Assembly (NCBI GenBank): GCA_963808015.1
Contig: CAWEEG010000057.1
Span: 10,867-74,866 of the forward strand
DNA from: an uncultured Actinomycetota bacterium
Lineage (GTDB): Bacteria; Actinomycetota; Acidimicrobiia; Spongiisociales; UBA5794
DNA: 64,000 bases
Reading direction: 5' to 3'
How positions within the stretch are numbered: position 1 is the first letter of the stretch; each line of letters begins with the position of its first letter. Both the position numbers and the translations under genes were made by a program. The notes beneath the pieces were generated by a model. That model saw nothing but the letters and a program-made list of their open reading frames with translations, was not told where the DNA came from and searched no databases. Shown here one piece after another: positions 19,791-30,283 of the stretch.

Positions 19791-21986
19791 GTGGCGTTCG
19801 CGGAGGGGCGGTGCCGGCGGCGTCGGTACGCGAACACGCCCAATCCCACGAGTGCCGTCAACGTAAGGGCCATCCCGAGGTTCTCGGCAGAAGTGCTCTT
19901 GAACTCAAGGACCACCTGTTCGCTTGTTGGAACAACCACCATCAACGACGGTGCCGCCCGATACGGTCCCTCCGCCCCCTCCGCCGTCCAATTCGGGAAA
20001 TACGACACCTTCACAAGATGCGGCACACCGACCGCCGATAGTCGTGAACGAGATCCTGTGATCGTCGCTGACGACGTCGGTCACCACACCGGAGCCGGCA
20101 GCCGGCTCGACGGAAATGAGGCGTTCATCGACCGTCTCCACTCTGGTCCAGTCGGCCGGTCCTTCTTCGACGAGCCATTTGTCCATGTTGTCGACATCGT
20201 CGTACCACTCGAGCGAGGGATCGAGGAAGTCGCCGCCGCCTGCCCAGACCGCCGGTTCCGATGTGGCTATGTCGACGAGACTGGACGGCGGCAGCGCGAA
20301 GATCCGCCACGGCAAGGCAGCACCCACTTCGGCGAGGCCCTCGGGACGCGCCGCCTCCGCTCCCGCCTCGGTGTAGCTCACGTAGTAGTCGACGTTGTAG
20401 ACGGCGAGGTGTTCAACGCCGCGTTCCATGTTGAAACCTCGGTAGTCGAGACCACGAACGGGGTTTGACGGGCGTTCGCTGACTTCGGAGGCGTTGAGGA
20501 AGTGGAACGGCGTTGTGAGGGAAGACTCGAAGAACAGGCCCTCCATCGAGGGATGCCCCTCGCTCCAGTACGGGAACAGCATGAGCGCCATCGGCGTCCC
20601 GTACTTGTTCATGTCGTTGTTGGCCTCCCACATGATGCGTCCAGGCGGGAGCGTGTCCACCGTCTCCATCAGCGTCCGATACTCGGCGTAGTCCGCCTTA
20701 CCTTCGTACCCTTCGAAGTTCCATTTGACCCATCCAGGGATATCGTGGATCGAGAGTGCCGTCGCAACGAGCACGATGAGCCCTGCACCGAGCGAGAGGC
20801 CGATCTTCACCGAGTTTCGGAGCGGGACACGACGCGAGATCTCGAGCACGGCGAGGCCGAGCGCAATCCCGGCGAACACGTACATACCGAAGTACCAGTA
20901 CGGGAGCAGACGGGCGTTGTAGAGAACCGTCACGCCGATCTTCGGGAGAAGGAAATAGCCGGCAAGCGGCAGCAGCGTGAGCCATGCGAGCACCACCACG
21001 TCGTCCCGCCGGAGCATCGTCCACAACATGCCGATCAGCCCAAGGACGAGGATCGGGATGAACTCACCGGGGAAGGGAGATCCGGGCGTTGCATCGCCCA
21101 CGACGTTGGTCACGGGTGCCCATCCCATGTCGGTCGTCATGCCCTGCAGGAAACGAATGCCGAGCGGGAGCGCCCAGAACGCGCTGAGCGCGAAGCCGAG
21201 CGCCCATGACGAAACAACCGTTCGCGGGCCGTTCCTGCGGAACAACAGCGCGATTGAGACGGCGACCACGATCATCGTTGTCACGATGTGCGTCAACGCC
21301 GTCAGCGCGAGGATCACTCCTGCCAGTGGCGTGAACCTCCGGCCGAGCCGGGTGTCGCGCGAGATGATGCCGAGGTACAGGATCGACAGGGCGAATGACC
21401 ACGAAAACGAGAACTCCCCGGCCAACGTCGACTTGATATTGGCGCCAAAGATCGAGAAGCTCTCCATGAAGACAAACATCGATCCGGTGAGTGCGGCGAG
21501 CGCCGACACCGAACGCGAGAAGCCCAGGAGGCGGACGAATCCATAGGTGGCGATCGGGAGCGCCACCAATCCGACGATGGTCACGAGTTTGAATGCGACC
21601 CCGTACGGCAGGAACACATCGAGCAATACGGTGACGAGCGCGGGAATGGGGAAATAGAAGTAGAGAGCCGGGAACCCGGCATACCACGCACTCGACCAGC
21701 CGAAGATCCGTCCGGACGGGAGCAGCACATCGCGCAGCACCTGGGGCAAGAGCACGTGCGCACCCATGTCGCCGCCGGTCGGGGTGTTGGCAACCAGGAT
21801 CTGCGGAAAACGGATCAGCGGACCTGAGCCAAGTACGCCGAGGAACCCCGACATGATCAGCAGGATGAGCAGCGTCGGCGCACCAACCAGAACGATGATC
21901 ACCCAGGTCGGAACTGCACCTTTGTCCGGAGCCGGCGGCGGCGCGGATTCGTGCTCCTTGAGCGCGGACGCGGACGGAGAGGTCAC
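19787..21986 (-). CDS. Polytopic membrane protein, PTPS-related / GT-C-like (indel near 20035)
   Basis: GGDMGAH, WYAGFPALYFYFP, many TMs; C-terminal VKVSYFPNW...GPYR..P.LMVV is in ORF 19787..20026. Confidence 0.75.
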
Positions 21987-22024
21987 GGGCGGGAGGCTAG
22001 CGAAGGACGCGAAGTAGGTCCGGC

Positions 22025-22210
22025 CTAGACGTCGCGACGGGCGACATCGATGAGTGCGTCGAGGTCGAGAACCTCACCATCACGGTCCCACCACTTCGAC
22101 TCGCATCGGTGGCACGAGCAGAACACCACTTCCGAGCCGTCGGGAAGGGTGAGCTCGATCTGGATCACAGAGTTCTGACCGCACGTGTTGCAGATGAGTC
22201 CATCATTCAT
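22025..22210 (-). CDS. Small Zn-ribbon protein
   Basis: CNTC...CSCHRC..KWW; GGAGG SD upstream. Confidence 0.7.
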   Translation of the reverse strand: MNDGLICNTCGQNSVIQIELTLPDGSEVVFCSCHRCESKWWDRDGEVLDLDALIDVARRDV

Positions 22211-22239
22211 TGTCTGCCTCCCAGGTCAGTATCGTAGCG

Positions 22240-22527
22240 TCAGGCGGGCCCCACCGCCTCAGGAACATCCTCGAGTTTGCCGAGGTAACGCGACCGACGT
22301 CTCCCGTCCTCGGTCCAGTATGCGTACCAATAGGGTCCGTGTGGACACCGGGTGCAACTGTCCTTCCCACACCGGACCAGTTGCTTTCTGAGTTTGACCT
22401 CCGGGCCGGATCCCGGCAGGTCGACGCCGCGACCCTCGAGGCGAGCCTTGGCAAGGATGTAGAGCCGCCGCAGTTCGTGTTCGTCCATCTCTCTGACGGC
22501 TTCGAGAACATCTCGGTCGATAGGCAT
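22240..22527 (-). CDS. DUF6788-like Cys/His protein
   Basis: RCGKDSCTRCPHGPYWYAYW...RSRYLGK; AGGA SD upstream. Confidence 0.75.
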   Translation of the reverse strand: MPIDRDVLEAVREMDEHELRRLYILAKARLEGRGVDLPGSGPEVKLRKQLVRCGKDSCTRCPHGPYWYAYWTEDGRRRSRYLGKLEDVPEAVGPA

Positions 22528-22536
22528 CCTGCTCCC

Positions 22537-22752
22537 CTACACCGTTCCGTAAGTGAACAGGGTGGGTTGGGACCGACGATCGTGAAGCACCCACCCGACC
22601 GGAGCGGTGACACGGTCTGCGTGCGCGGTACACAGCGCGTATCGCGTGCCGGGCTGGGGGGACCCCTCGTGATCAACCAGCCACGCTTCGCGTCGTTCGT
22701 ACGCATAGGTGAGGCTCGAGGTGGGGGTTGATGAACACCGAACGCAAGTCAT
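22537..22752 (-). CDS. DUF3499-family protein
   Basis: CVRC, LTYAY, LCTAHADRVTAPVGW. Confidence 0.8.
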   Translation of the reverse strand: MTCVRCSSTPTSSLTYAYERREAWLVDHEGSPQPGTRYALCTAHADRVTAPVGWVLHDRRSQPTLFTYGTV

Positions 22753-22764
22753 GGCCGTGCGACG

Positions 22765-23184
22765 TTAGGAGCAGGTGGGGTTCGGACCAAGCATTCGATT
22801 CTCACGAGTTCGATTCCTGCCGCTCGAACCGCCTTGGCAAACGACTGCGAGTGGGGAGCGCCGGTCTCGAACATTGTCGAGCGCCCTCTCGTCGAGAACG
22901 ACAATCAGCGGAACCGCTTCGACGTGGTACTGGTCGAACAGGTGCGGTTCCAGCTCCCATGTGACCTCCCGGATCGGTGCGCTGACTCCGCCCACGGTCC
23001 GCATGGCCTCAACACACGTCGAACAATCGGTTGAGGTGAAGATCACGACGCCGGGGCGGTCGCCAAGCCCATCAAGATCCAGCGGTGGGTGTGGCGGCTT
23101 CTGCCACCGTGCGACAAGGCGCACCACGATGATCACCGCCACAACCAGAACAAGCACGAGGGCTACCCGGAGGAACGTGTTCAT
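22765..23184 (-). CDS. Membrane-anchored thioredoxin-like protein
   Basis: TM helix, FTSTDCSTC, YHVEAVP; C-terminus possibly frameshifted. Confidence 0.7.
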   Translation of the reverse strand: MNTFLRVALVLVLVVAVIIVVRLVARWQKPPHPPLDLDGLGDRPGVVIFTSTDCSTCVEAMRTVGGVSAPIREVTWELEPHLFDQYHVEAVPLIVVLDERALDNVRDRRSPLAVVCQGGSSGRNRTRENRMLGPNPTCS

Positions 23185-24695
23185 CCAATCCCCACGCCGC
23201 CGATGAAGGCGACACCTTGCGGACCGGCAATCGTTACTGCGACCGAAATCGGGACATTCGCTTCGACAAGCATGCCCGAGTTGCCGGTTTCCGACAACGG
23301 ATCAACGGGCACTTCGAGGTATGTGCCCGGCGGGATCAGCACCTTCTCCGGGCTGTCGGACGACACGCCGAGTGGACTCAGGGTGACGGTCGCTTCCTCA
23401 CCCGTCGGATTCAGGATCCAGACCGACGTGTCCGCTCCCGGCACAATGCCGAGTCCGGGTACAAGCCACCGCTCGAGCGTTCGGCGTTCCCCGGCATCAC
23501 AGCGAGCCCTTCATACGACACCGGCTCCTCGGGCTCCTCGCCCTCACCCTCCTCCGGATCGGAAGTCTCACCTCCGGCGACGGTCGTCTCCGTCGTCGCC
23601 TCCTCGCCGGCAGGATCCTCGGATGTGGCCTCTTCGTCGGTGGCGCCAGCGTCATCATCCTCAGGGAGCACAACATCGGTTGATGGGAACGTCCCTTCGG
23701 GCCCCGCCTGGATCACAGCACTAACCGGAACATTCGATCGGGCACGAACTGCGAAGGGTGGTTCCGCCAGGTCGGCGAGGTTGATCCGAACGGGTTCAAG
23801 CGGCGAACGTTCCGTCCGTCCGCGTCGAGGATCGGCCCATCCGGGGTGAAGAGGTCAATCGCAACGGTAGCGCCTCCACTCCCGGTCTTCGAGAGCACGA
23901 GGGTCGGTACCAGACCTCGGACGCTTGTCACCGGAAAGTCCCACGTCGTCGACTGACCGGTACCGGGCCATGACGCTCCATCGGTCCCGTTGTTCAACAC
24001 AAGGGTCGGGATCACGATGCCGCTCTCCGATGTCACGGTGAAGCTGGCATTATCCAGGAAGGGGATCACCCGGGAAAGATCCTCGGTCACCCACTATCGA
24101 CCCGGGATATCGATGTTCTCGAACCGGAAAGCGGCGAGCTGCCGAACTCGGTGATGGCCTCGACGCGAACCTTGGCACTCTCGGCGAACGGGTTGAACAG
24201 CTGGAGTTCAAGACTGAACCCCTCGGCGGTGATCCCTCCCACAAGGTGCCACACCTTGGGAACCGAGACCACACACCGGTCGCCGGTGAGGAGCTCCTCG
24301 GACCACATCGCCGAAGTCGTGGACCGCAGGGCCGTCGTCAAACTCCACCACACCCGGCGAAGCGCCTCGCCGAACGATCGCTCCAGTATCCATGCTGCGT
24401 GCGCCGGGACCGTGAGAGCCGTACGTCCTGCCCGTCCGGTTCCTCAGTTGGATTGGGGTTCGGGAGGGTGATCGACGTGCCGATGTTGACCACCGACGAA
24501 AGGTTGAATGCCGAGTCCCTCCAGGCGCCGGCAGCTACCCACGGGCAAAACCACGGACTGGCATCACCTTAAAATGGCGCCCACATCGTCCGACACGGTC
24601 CCGAAACTCGGAGGGCTGAAAGCCACAGGAGCCGTCTGCGCAAATGCCAGCATCCCGAGCACGCCGACCACGATGACAACCGCGACACGCCTCAT
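23181..24695 (-). CDS. DUF5719-like secreted protein, fragmented by several indels
   Basis: Fragments MRRVAVVIVVGVLG..., LQLFNPFAESAKV, WILNPTGEEATV in successive frames; lies downstream of the large GT2 as in other actinobacteria. Confidence 0.55.
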
Positions 24696-27494
24696 CCGAA
24701 TCTCCTCCCGGCCCATGAGAATGCCGCAAGGGCGATGAGCCATACCGCAGCTGTGATGGCCTGGGTACGACGCGATCCAATCGGATCGAACTCGGCCAGG
24801 CCGGCCGAGGCGGGCACGACGTTTACCCAATCACTGTTGCTGCCACTCGCCCGGTCCCCAACGAGCGTTCGCGTCTCACCCATCCTCGAGATCCGAACCG
24901 AAGTCGCCTTCCCCGCTGTACCCCGTGCCATTTCGCTCCCACGCGGTACCGCTGCTGGTGATTGACCGCGTTCTGCTCCCTCTACCTCGTTCTCAAAAGT
25001 CGTGCTGTCGAGACCACCACCGAGGGGCACCAGATCCAACTGACCGACAAAGACGGTTCGCCAGGCGCTCGCGAAAAAATCGGTGTCCTCATCATCGAGG
25101 ACAACGATCCACCGGATGCCGTTAGGGCGCGAGAAGTTCGCCGGCCCGTTTTCGACTCTCCTCCGATGATGAGCCGCAACGTTTCTCTCGAGTGCTTCGT
25201 CGCCGACCGGGTATTCGTGCAGATACGCCTCCCAGGACGCCAGCTTCGGCATTGGTGCCGAAACCAGCCGATACGCCGCGCCGTTTGACCGATCCGGTTT
25301 TCGAGCCGGGCAAGCCCGCCGGGCGCTCCGACGACGAGAATGCGCGATGCTGACGGATCTCCCGGCCGTGCCGCTGTGAACGTGAAAGCATCTCGGTATT
25401 CGTCGTGTGGGAAAACCAGCCCGGCCTCCAACAACCGTCAGCGCCGAGGCAGCTACGAGTAACACGGATCCGGCCGACGGCGACGCCGGCGACGAGACGA
25501 CGCCATCCTCCGACTTCGTGTGTTCTCGTGATCGCCTCGAACGACGGCCCGACAATCAACGCAAGGCCGAGCGTGAACAAGAGCGAGACCGACGGCCTCG
25601 ACCTCTCGTCCGGAATCGAAACCGACAGATCTACGCAACGAACGCACCGCCGACCGCTTGCGATTGCTCCCCAACCTGCCACAAGAGCGAGCCGCTGAGG
25701 AGCTACCAGCAGGGTGGCAAGTGCCGCGACACCGGCCATGATGGCAGTGAAGGACCGGGATGGGCCAGTAGGCAATCCCGTCGGTGAGGAAGCGGGACAG
25801 ATCAGTGGCACCGAGCCACGGGAAGAGGATCGGCACGGCAAGGAGCGCTGCAACTCCCGACACGGCGACCGCTCTCCAGGCGGCTCGGTCCGTCACGTTG
25901 AGGAGCGCCCAGACGAGCGAGCACCGAGGGAGCAATCAGCAAGGCCAGCGGAGCGAACACAGCTACAACGCCCGAGATCGCAGCCACCGCTGCAACTCTC
26001 GCCGCCCGCCCGAGCCACGCCGCCGGGACCGAGCCAGCGAGAAACGCATAACCCAGGGGATGAGGCCAACTGCAAAGACGACACCGACACTCGGTGTGCT
26101 GCGCGATAGCCTGGGCTCCCGAGCGGGAGATGTACACAACACCTGCGAGCGTCCCGGCCACCGCGGCAACCCCCCAGGTTCGAAGGAGCCGAACCATGCC
26201 CCATACTCCGAGAAGCCACGAGCCGGCGGTGAGACCAATTCGGCAATACGACGGTTGTCGAGCAGGATCGTCTGGATCAGGACAAACCCGATCAAGGGGC
26301 GAAGCGGCCAACTGACCCGAGTCCAGCGGGATCCCATCCTCCTGCGTAGGCCCCGACGGCAGCGGGACCCGAGGAAGAACGGCAGGCTGTACCCATCGCG
26401 GGAAGACCGGCGGCCCAGAAACAGCCCGATGCAAGAAGGACAAACAGGAAGGCGACCGCTCCGACGACGAACGACGGTCGCCGGAGCTCGCTGCCGATAG
26501 CTTCAACCGATAGCCGATCCTCGCCGGGAAGCCGATCGCGGATCCGAGCGGAGAGCTGCGAGACGACGATGAGTGCGACAGAGCCGGTGACCTGGTACCG
26601 GAACAGCTCAGAATCACCGACAACACGGCCCCGCCGAGCGGTGCTCCGTGCACGCAAGGTGTTCGGGAGTTTCATCAGGAGACCACGCCCACGCCCGAAG
26701 CCAATCGAAGAATCTCCACTTGCCGAGGAACAACGAAAGAAACGACTGAAGGAGGCCACAGAACGCCATGGGGAGTGCCGACAGAAGCGTTGTCGGACTG
26801 TAGACCTTGGTCATCGCCCGGAGGCGACCACCTCGCTCACGCCACCGGTCGATGCTCCCCCAGTCATCGCTGGCGAGCACTTCAGAAGATGGGACCAGAA
26901 TGATCCTGGCGCCGCGGAGTCGAGCGCGTTGGCAGAAGTCGACTGCCGTTGCGAACGGGGCCATCGACCGATCGGGTCCACCAAGCCCCCGTGTCAGATC
27001 GAGCCTGATAGGACCGACTTCCTTCGACGGCCGCTACATCGCGGAACAATGTCGGACTGCCCTTGGTCTCTCTCTTCGCCGTCGAAGCCCGTGTACGGGG
27101 AATCGAAGATGTCCGTAGCGAACCCCACCGACAACAGCCGGTCTGGATCATCGAGGTCGAGCACCTTGGATCCGGCGACGGAGGCGTCCAGCTGGGTCGC
27201 AGCATGAACCAGCGATCCGAGTGCGTCCGGGCGCGGCTCGACCCCTTCGCGGACCATCCACAGGTGGCTTGCGTCGATGGATGCATCAACGGCGCCTCCG
27301 ATGTTGGCAATCCAGCCTGCGTCGTGCTCGGTTGCGATGCGGCGCGGTGCGCTTTCTCCTCCAACCACGATCATCCGCTGTGGTCCGTACACTTGTCGAC
27401 GGACCGCTTCAATGGTGGATGGAAGATCTGTACCGCTGCGCGCGAGGATCGCGACCGCGACCGAGGTGGGGGGTGCACCCTCCGGAGATGACAT
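24692..27494 (-). CDS. Large GT2-like membrane glycosyltransferase, fragmented by many indels
   Basis: N-terminal GT-A-like fragment (ASVAGSKVLD..DPDRLLSVG, ERDQGQ, DFCQRARLRG) followed by hydrophobic fragments in shifting frames. Confidence 0.6.
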
Positions 27495-28455
27495 GAACGA
27501 GGCCATTCAAGGCTCGAAGTCGACATATTCCAATCCTTTCGCCGTTCTGCTCGCCGGCGGAGTCGGCGGAGCACGCACGGCACGGTCCCTACGGACCCGG
27601 CTCACTGCGGCGCAGATGACGGTTGTCGGCAACGTCGGGGACGACGACCACATGTACGGGGTGCCGGTGTCAGCCGACCTCGACACGCTGGTGTACACAC
27701 TCGCCGGGATCGAAGGACCCGAGGGTTGGGGTATCCGTGGCGACACGTTCACGGTGATGGATCATCTCCAGTCGCTCGGCGTTGACACGTCATTCCGGCT
27801 GGGCGATCGTGACCTATCGATGTGTCTTCTCCGATCGCAGTGGCTCACGTCCGGAGGAACCCTCTCCGGCGCCACAACATCGATCAGGGCCGGACTCGGC
27901 GTCGACACGCCGGTTCTCCCCGCCTCGGACGACAGAATCCGCACACGCATCCGAACCGTCGAAGGTTCGTGGCTGTCGTTTCAGGAGTACTTCGTCGAAC
28001 GTGGCCATCGAGACGAGGTCGCCGAGATCGAGTACGCCGGCGCCGAGAGCGCCGAGCCGGCCCCGGGAGTCATCGAGGCGATCGAATCCGCGTCCATTGT
28101 CGTGATCGCCCCTTCGAACCCTCCGCTCTCGATCCGACCCATCCTCGAAGTACGGGCGATCGCTCGCGCCGTAGCTGAACATCGCAAGGTCGTAGCCATC
28201 AGCCCGCTCTTTGGCGGGAGAGCTCTGAAAGGCCCGGCCGATCGTGTGATGGCTTCGCTCGGCTACCCGAGCGGGAACGCCGGCGTAGCCGCCGCGTACG
28301 ACGGCTTGATCACGGATCTCGTCATCGACGCAGGCGACGCGTCGGACACCGACCAGCTCTCCGAGTCCGTCGATGTTCACATCACCGACACACACCTGGC
28401 CTCACACGACTCGTCTCAACGTTTTGGCCGATGGTTCGAGCGGACTTTCACATGA
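27493..28455 (+). CDS. cofD: 2-phospho-L-lactate transferase (F420 biosynthesis)
   Basis: LAGGVGGAR, NVGDD, DLDTLVYTL, FRLGDRD, FQEYFV, PSNPPLSI, KGPAD. Start uncertain. Confidence 0.95.
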   Translation: MNEAIQGSKSTYSNPFAVLLAGGVGGARTARSLRTRLTAAQMTVVGNVGDDDHMYGVPVSADLDTLVYTLAGIEGPEGWGIRGDTFTVMDHLQSLGVDTSFRLGDRDLSMCLLRSQWLTSGGTLSGATTSIRAGLGVDTPVLPASDDRIRTRIRTVEGSWLSFQEYFVERGHRDEVAEIEYAGAESAEPAPGVIEAIESASIVVIAPSNPPLSIRPILEVRAIARAVAEHRKVVAISPLFGGRALKGPADRVMASLGYPSGNAGVAAAYDGLITDLVIDAGDASDTDQLSESVDVHITDTHLASHDSSQRFGRWFERTFT

Positions 28456-29147
28456 GCATCGAGATCTTCCCCATTCACGGGATTCCCGAAATCGCCCCAG
28501 GGGATGACCTTGCGGCGATCATCCTGCGCGGCCTGGCGGCCTCCGACCTTTCTCTGATCGACCGCGACGTTGTGGTCGTCACCCACAAGGTCGTCTCCAA
28601 GGCGGAAGGTCGGATCGAGGCCGCTGTGGACGACGCCGAGTATCGGCGGCTGGCCGAACGTGAGGCGCGAGCGATCCTTCGCCGTCGCGGAGATCTCATC
28701 ATCGCCCAGACCGAACACGGTTTCATCTGTGCCAATGCCGGCGTCGATCGGTCCAATGTTCCAGACGGGCACGCGGTACTCCTGCCTATCGACTCCGATC
28801 GGTCAGCTCATGGCATCCGGGTGAAGCTCGAACGGGCGACCGGGGCGACGGTCGCCGTCGTGGTCACGGACACGTTCGGCCGGCCATGGCGACGAGGCCT
28901 CGTCGACGTCGCGATCGGCGTCTCGGGCCTCCCGGCCATCCTCGACCTGCGCGGAAGCCCCGACGCACACAATCGCACAATGGATGTGACCGAGATCGCC
29001 GTCGTCGATGAGATCGCAGCCGCAGCCGATCTTGTGATGGGCAAGGCAGACGCAATCCCCGCTGCCGTGGTCCGCGGCATCGACCTCATCGGCGACGGAC
29101 GCGCCACCGACCTGATCCGCCCCCCCGAAGAGGACATGTTTCGATGA
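28452..29147 (+). CDS. cofE: Coenzyme F420-0:L-glutamate ligase
   Basis: GIPEIAPGDDL, KVVSKAEG, CANAGVDRSN, DTFGRPWRRG, DMFR. Confidence 0.95.
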   Translation: MSIEIFPIHGIPEIAPGDDLAAIILRGLAASDLSLIDRDVVVVTHKVVSKAEGRIEAAVDDAEYRRLAEREARAILRRRGDLIIAQTEHGFICANAGVDRSNVPDGHAVLLPIDSDRSAHGIRVKLERATGATVAVVVTDTFGRPWRRGLVDVAIGVSGLPAILDLRGSPDAHNRTMDVTEIAVVDEIAAAADLVMGKADAIPAAVVRGIDLIGDGRATDLIRPPEEDMFR

Positions 29148-29274
29148 GACCCGAGATCAGAGACCCGAGATCAGAGACCCGAGACCAAATCCGTTGTGAC
29201 GTCGCTTCTCTCGTGTCGAAACTCATGTCTGCGATCTCCTGTCTCATGTCTCGAGTCTCTCGTCTCGGGTCTCG
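29146..29274. repeat. Bipartite inverted heptamer array, copy 2
   Basis: GAGACCC/GAGATCA x6 (29146-29187) starting within the cofE stop; GTCTCNN arm at about 29222-29274 ending 2 nt before the next ATG. Confidence 0.88.
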
Positions 29275-29276
29275 CC

Positions 29277-30158
29277 ATGCCTGAGCTTCCTGAGATCGAG
29301 GCGTATCTGCACGCGCTGCGGCCGCGAGTGGTTGGGTCGGAGCTTCAACGGGTGAGAATCCAGAGTTTCTCGGTGCTCAAGACATACGACCCCCCGATTG
29401 ACGCCGTCGCCGCCGTAGGTGTTGACGGTGTTGGACGCCTGGGGAAACGGATCGTGTTTCACCTCGGCGACGGCCTGCACATCGTGGTTCACCTGATGGT
29501 GGCCGGCCGACTTGCATGGCTCGCTCCCGACGCAGCGATCCCACGCCGCTCAGGGTTGGCAGCGTTCGACTTCACGGATGGCACGTTGCTTCTCACCGAG
29601 GCCGGATCGAAGCGAAAGGCCTCGATTCATCTTGTAGACGACGACGGCCTGGCGGATCTCGATCCCGGCGGCCGCGAGATCACCGACCTCAGCGTCGAAG
29701 AGTTCGGAGAGCGCCTTGCCAGAGAGCGCCATGCCCTCAAGCGGACGCTCACCGATCCCCGCCTGTTCTCCGGAATCGGTGGCGCCTTCGCCGACGAGAT
29801 ACTCTGGGCGGCCCATCTCTCGCCGACGCAAATGAGCACCAACCTCGATCCGGACGAAGTAGATCGCCTCTACGGCGCAACCATCAACACGCTGGCCCGG
29901 TGGACAAACCTCCGCGTCGAGGAGGTCGGCGACGGTTTCCCGACGAAGGTCACGGCGTTTCATCCTGACATGGCGGTTCACGGGAAATACGGCGAACCGT
30001 GCCCCGAGTGTGGTGCACCGGTGCAACGGATCGTTCACGTCGGCCGGGAGACGAACTACTGCGCCGGATGCCAGACCGGCGGACGGATCCTGGCCGACCG
30101 AGCCCTCTCACGGCTCCTTAAAGACGACTGGCCGAAACACCTCGACGACACGATCTAG
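29277..30158 (+). CDS. Fpg/Nei-family DNA glycosylase
   Basis: MPELPE start, HLMVAG, SGIG..FADEILW, C-terminal CPECG...YCAGCQ zinc finger. Confidence 0.93.
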   Translation: MPELPEIEAYLHALRPRVVGSELQRVRIQSFSVLKTYDPPIDAVAAVGVDGVGRLGKRIVFHLGDGLHIVVHLMVAGRLAWLAPDAAIPRRSGLAAFDFTDGTLLLTEAGSKRKASIHLVDDDGLADLDPGGREITDLSVEEFGERLARERHALKRTLTDPRLFSGIGGAFADEILWAAHLSPTQMSTNLDPDEVDRLYGATINTLARWTNLRVEEVGDGFPTKVTAFHPDMAVHGKYGEPCPECGAPVQRIVHVGRETNYCAGCQTGGRILADRALSRLLKDDWPKHLDDTI

Positions 30159-30283
30159 TGCCGTGTCCACCAACCTTTGCGCTGTTCTGCCGGCCAGGGA
30201 CGCCGCTCGCGGCGTCCTCGTCCTTGCGACCAACGCCCCTAGCTCGACATCGACACCTCGAACGCTGGTGGACACGGCACTAG
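30155..30283. mobile_element. MITE-like element with 18-bp perfect terminal inverted repeats including CTAG
   Basis: CTAGTGCCGTGTCCACCA (30155-30172) and TGGTGGACACGGCACTAG (30266-30283); internal hairpin GGACGCCG-ctcg-CGGCGTCC. Confidence 0.75.

Noticed and set aside
29146-29274. Heptamer arrays as CRISPR
   Set aside because: The period is 7 nt, there are no 25-45 nt unique spacers, and no cas genes are present.
29196-29276. N-terminal extension of Fpg in the ORF track
   Set aside because: It is translated heptamer repeat; Fpg/Nei needs the N-terminal Pro of MPELPE at 29277.
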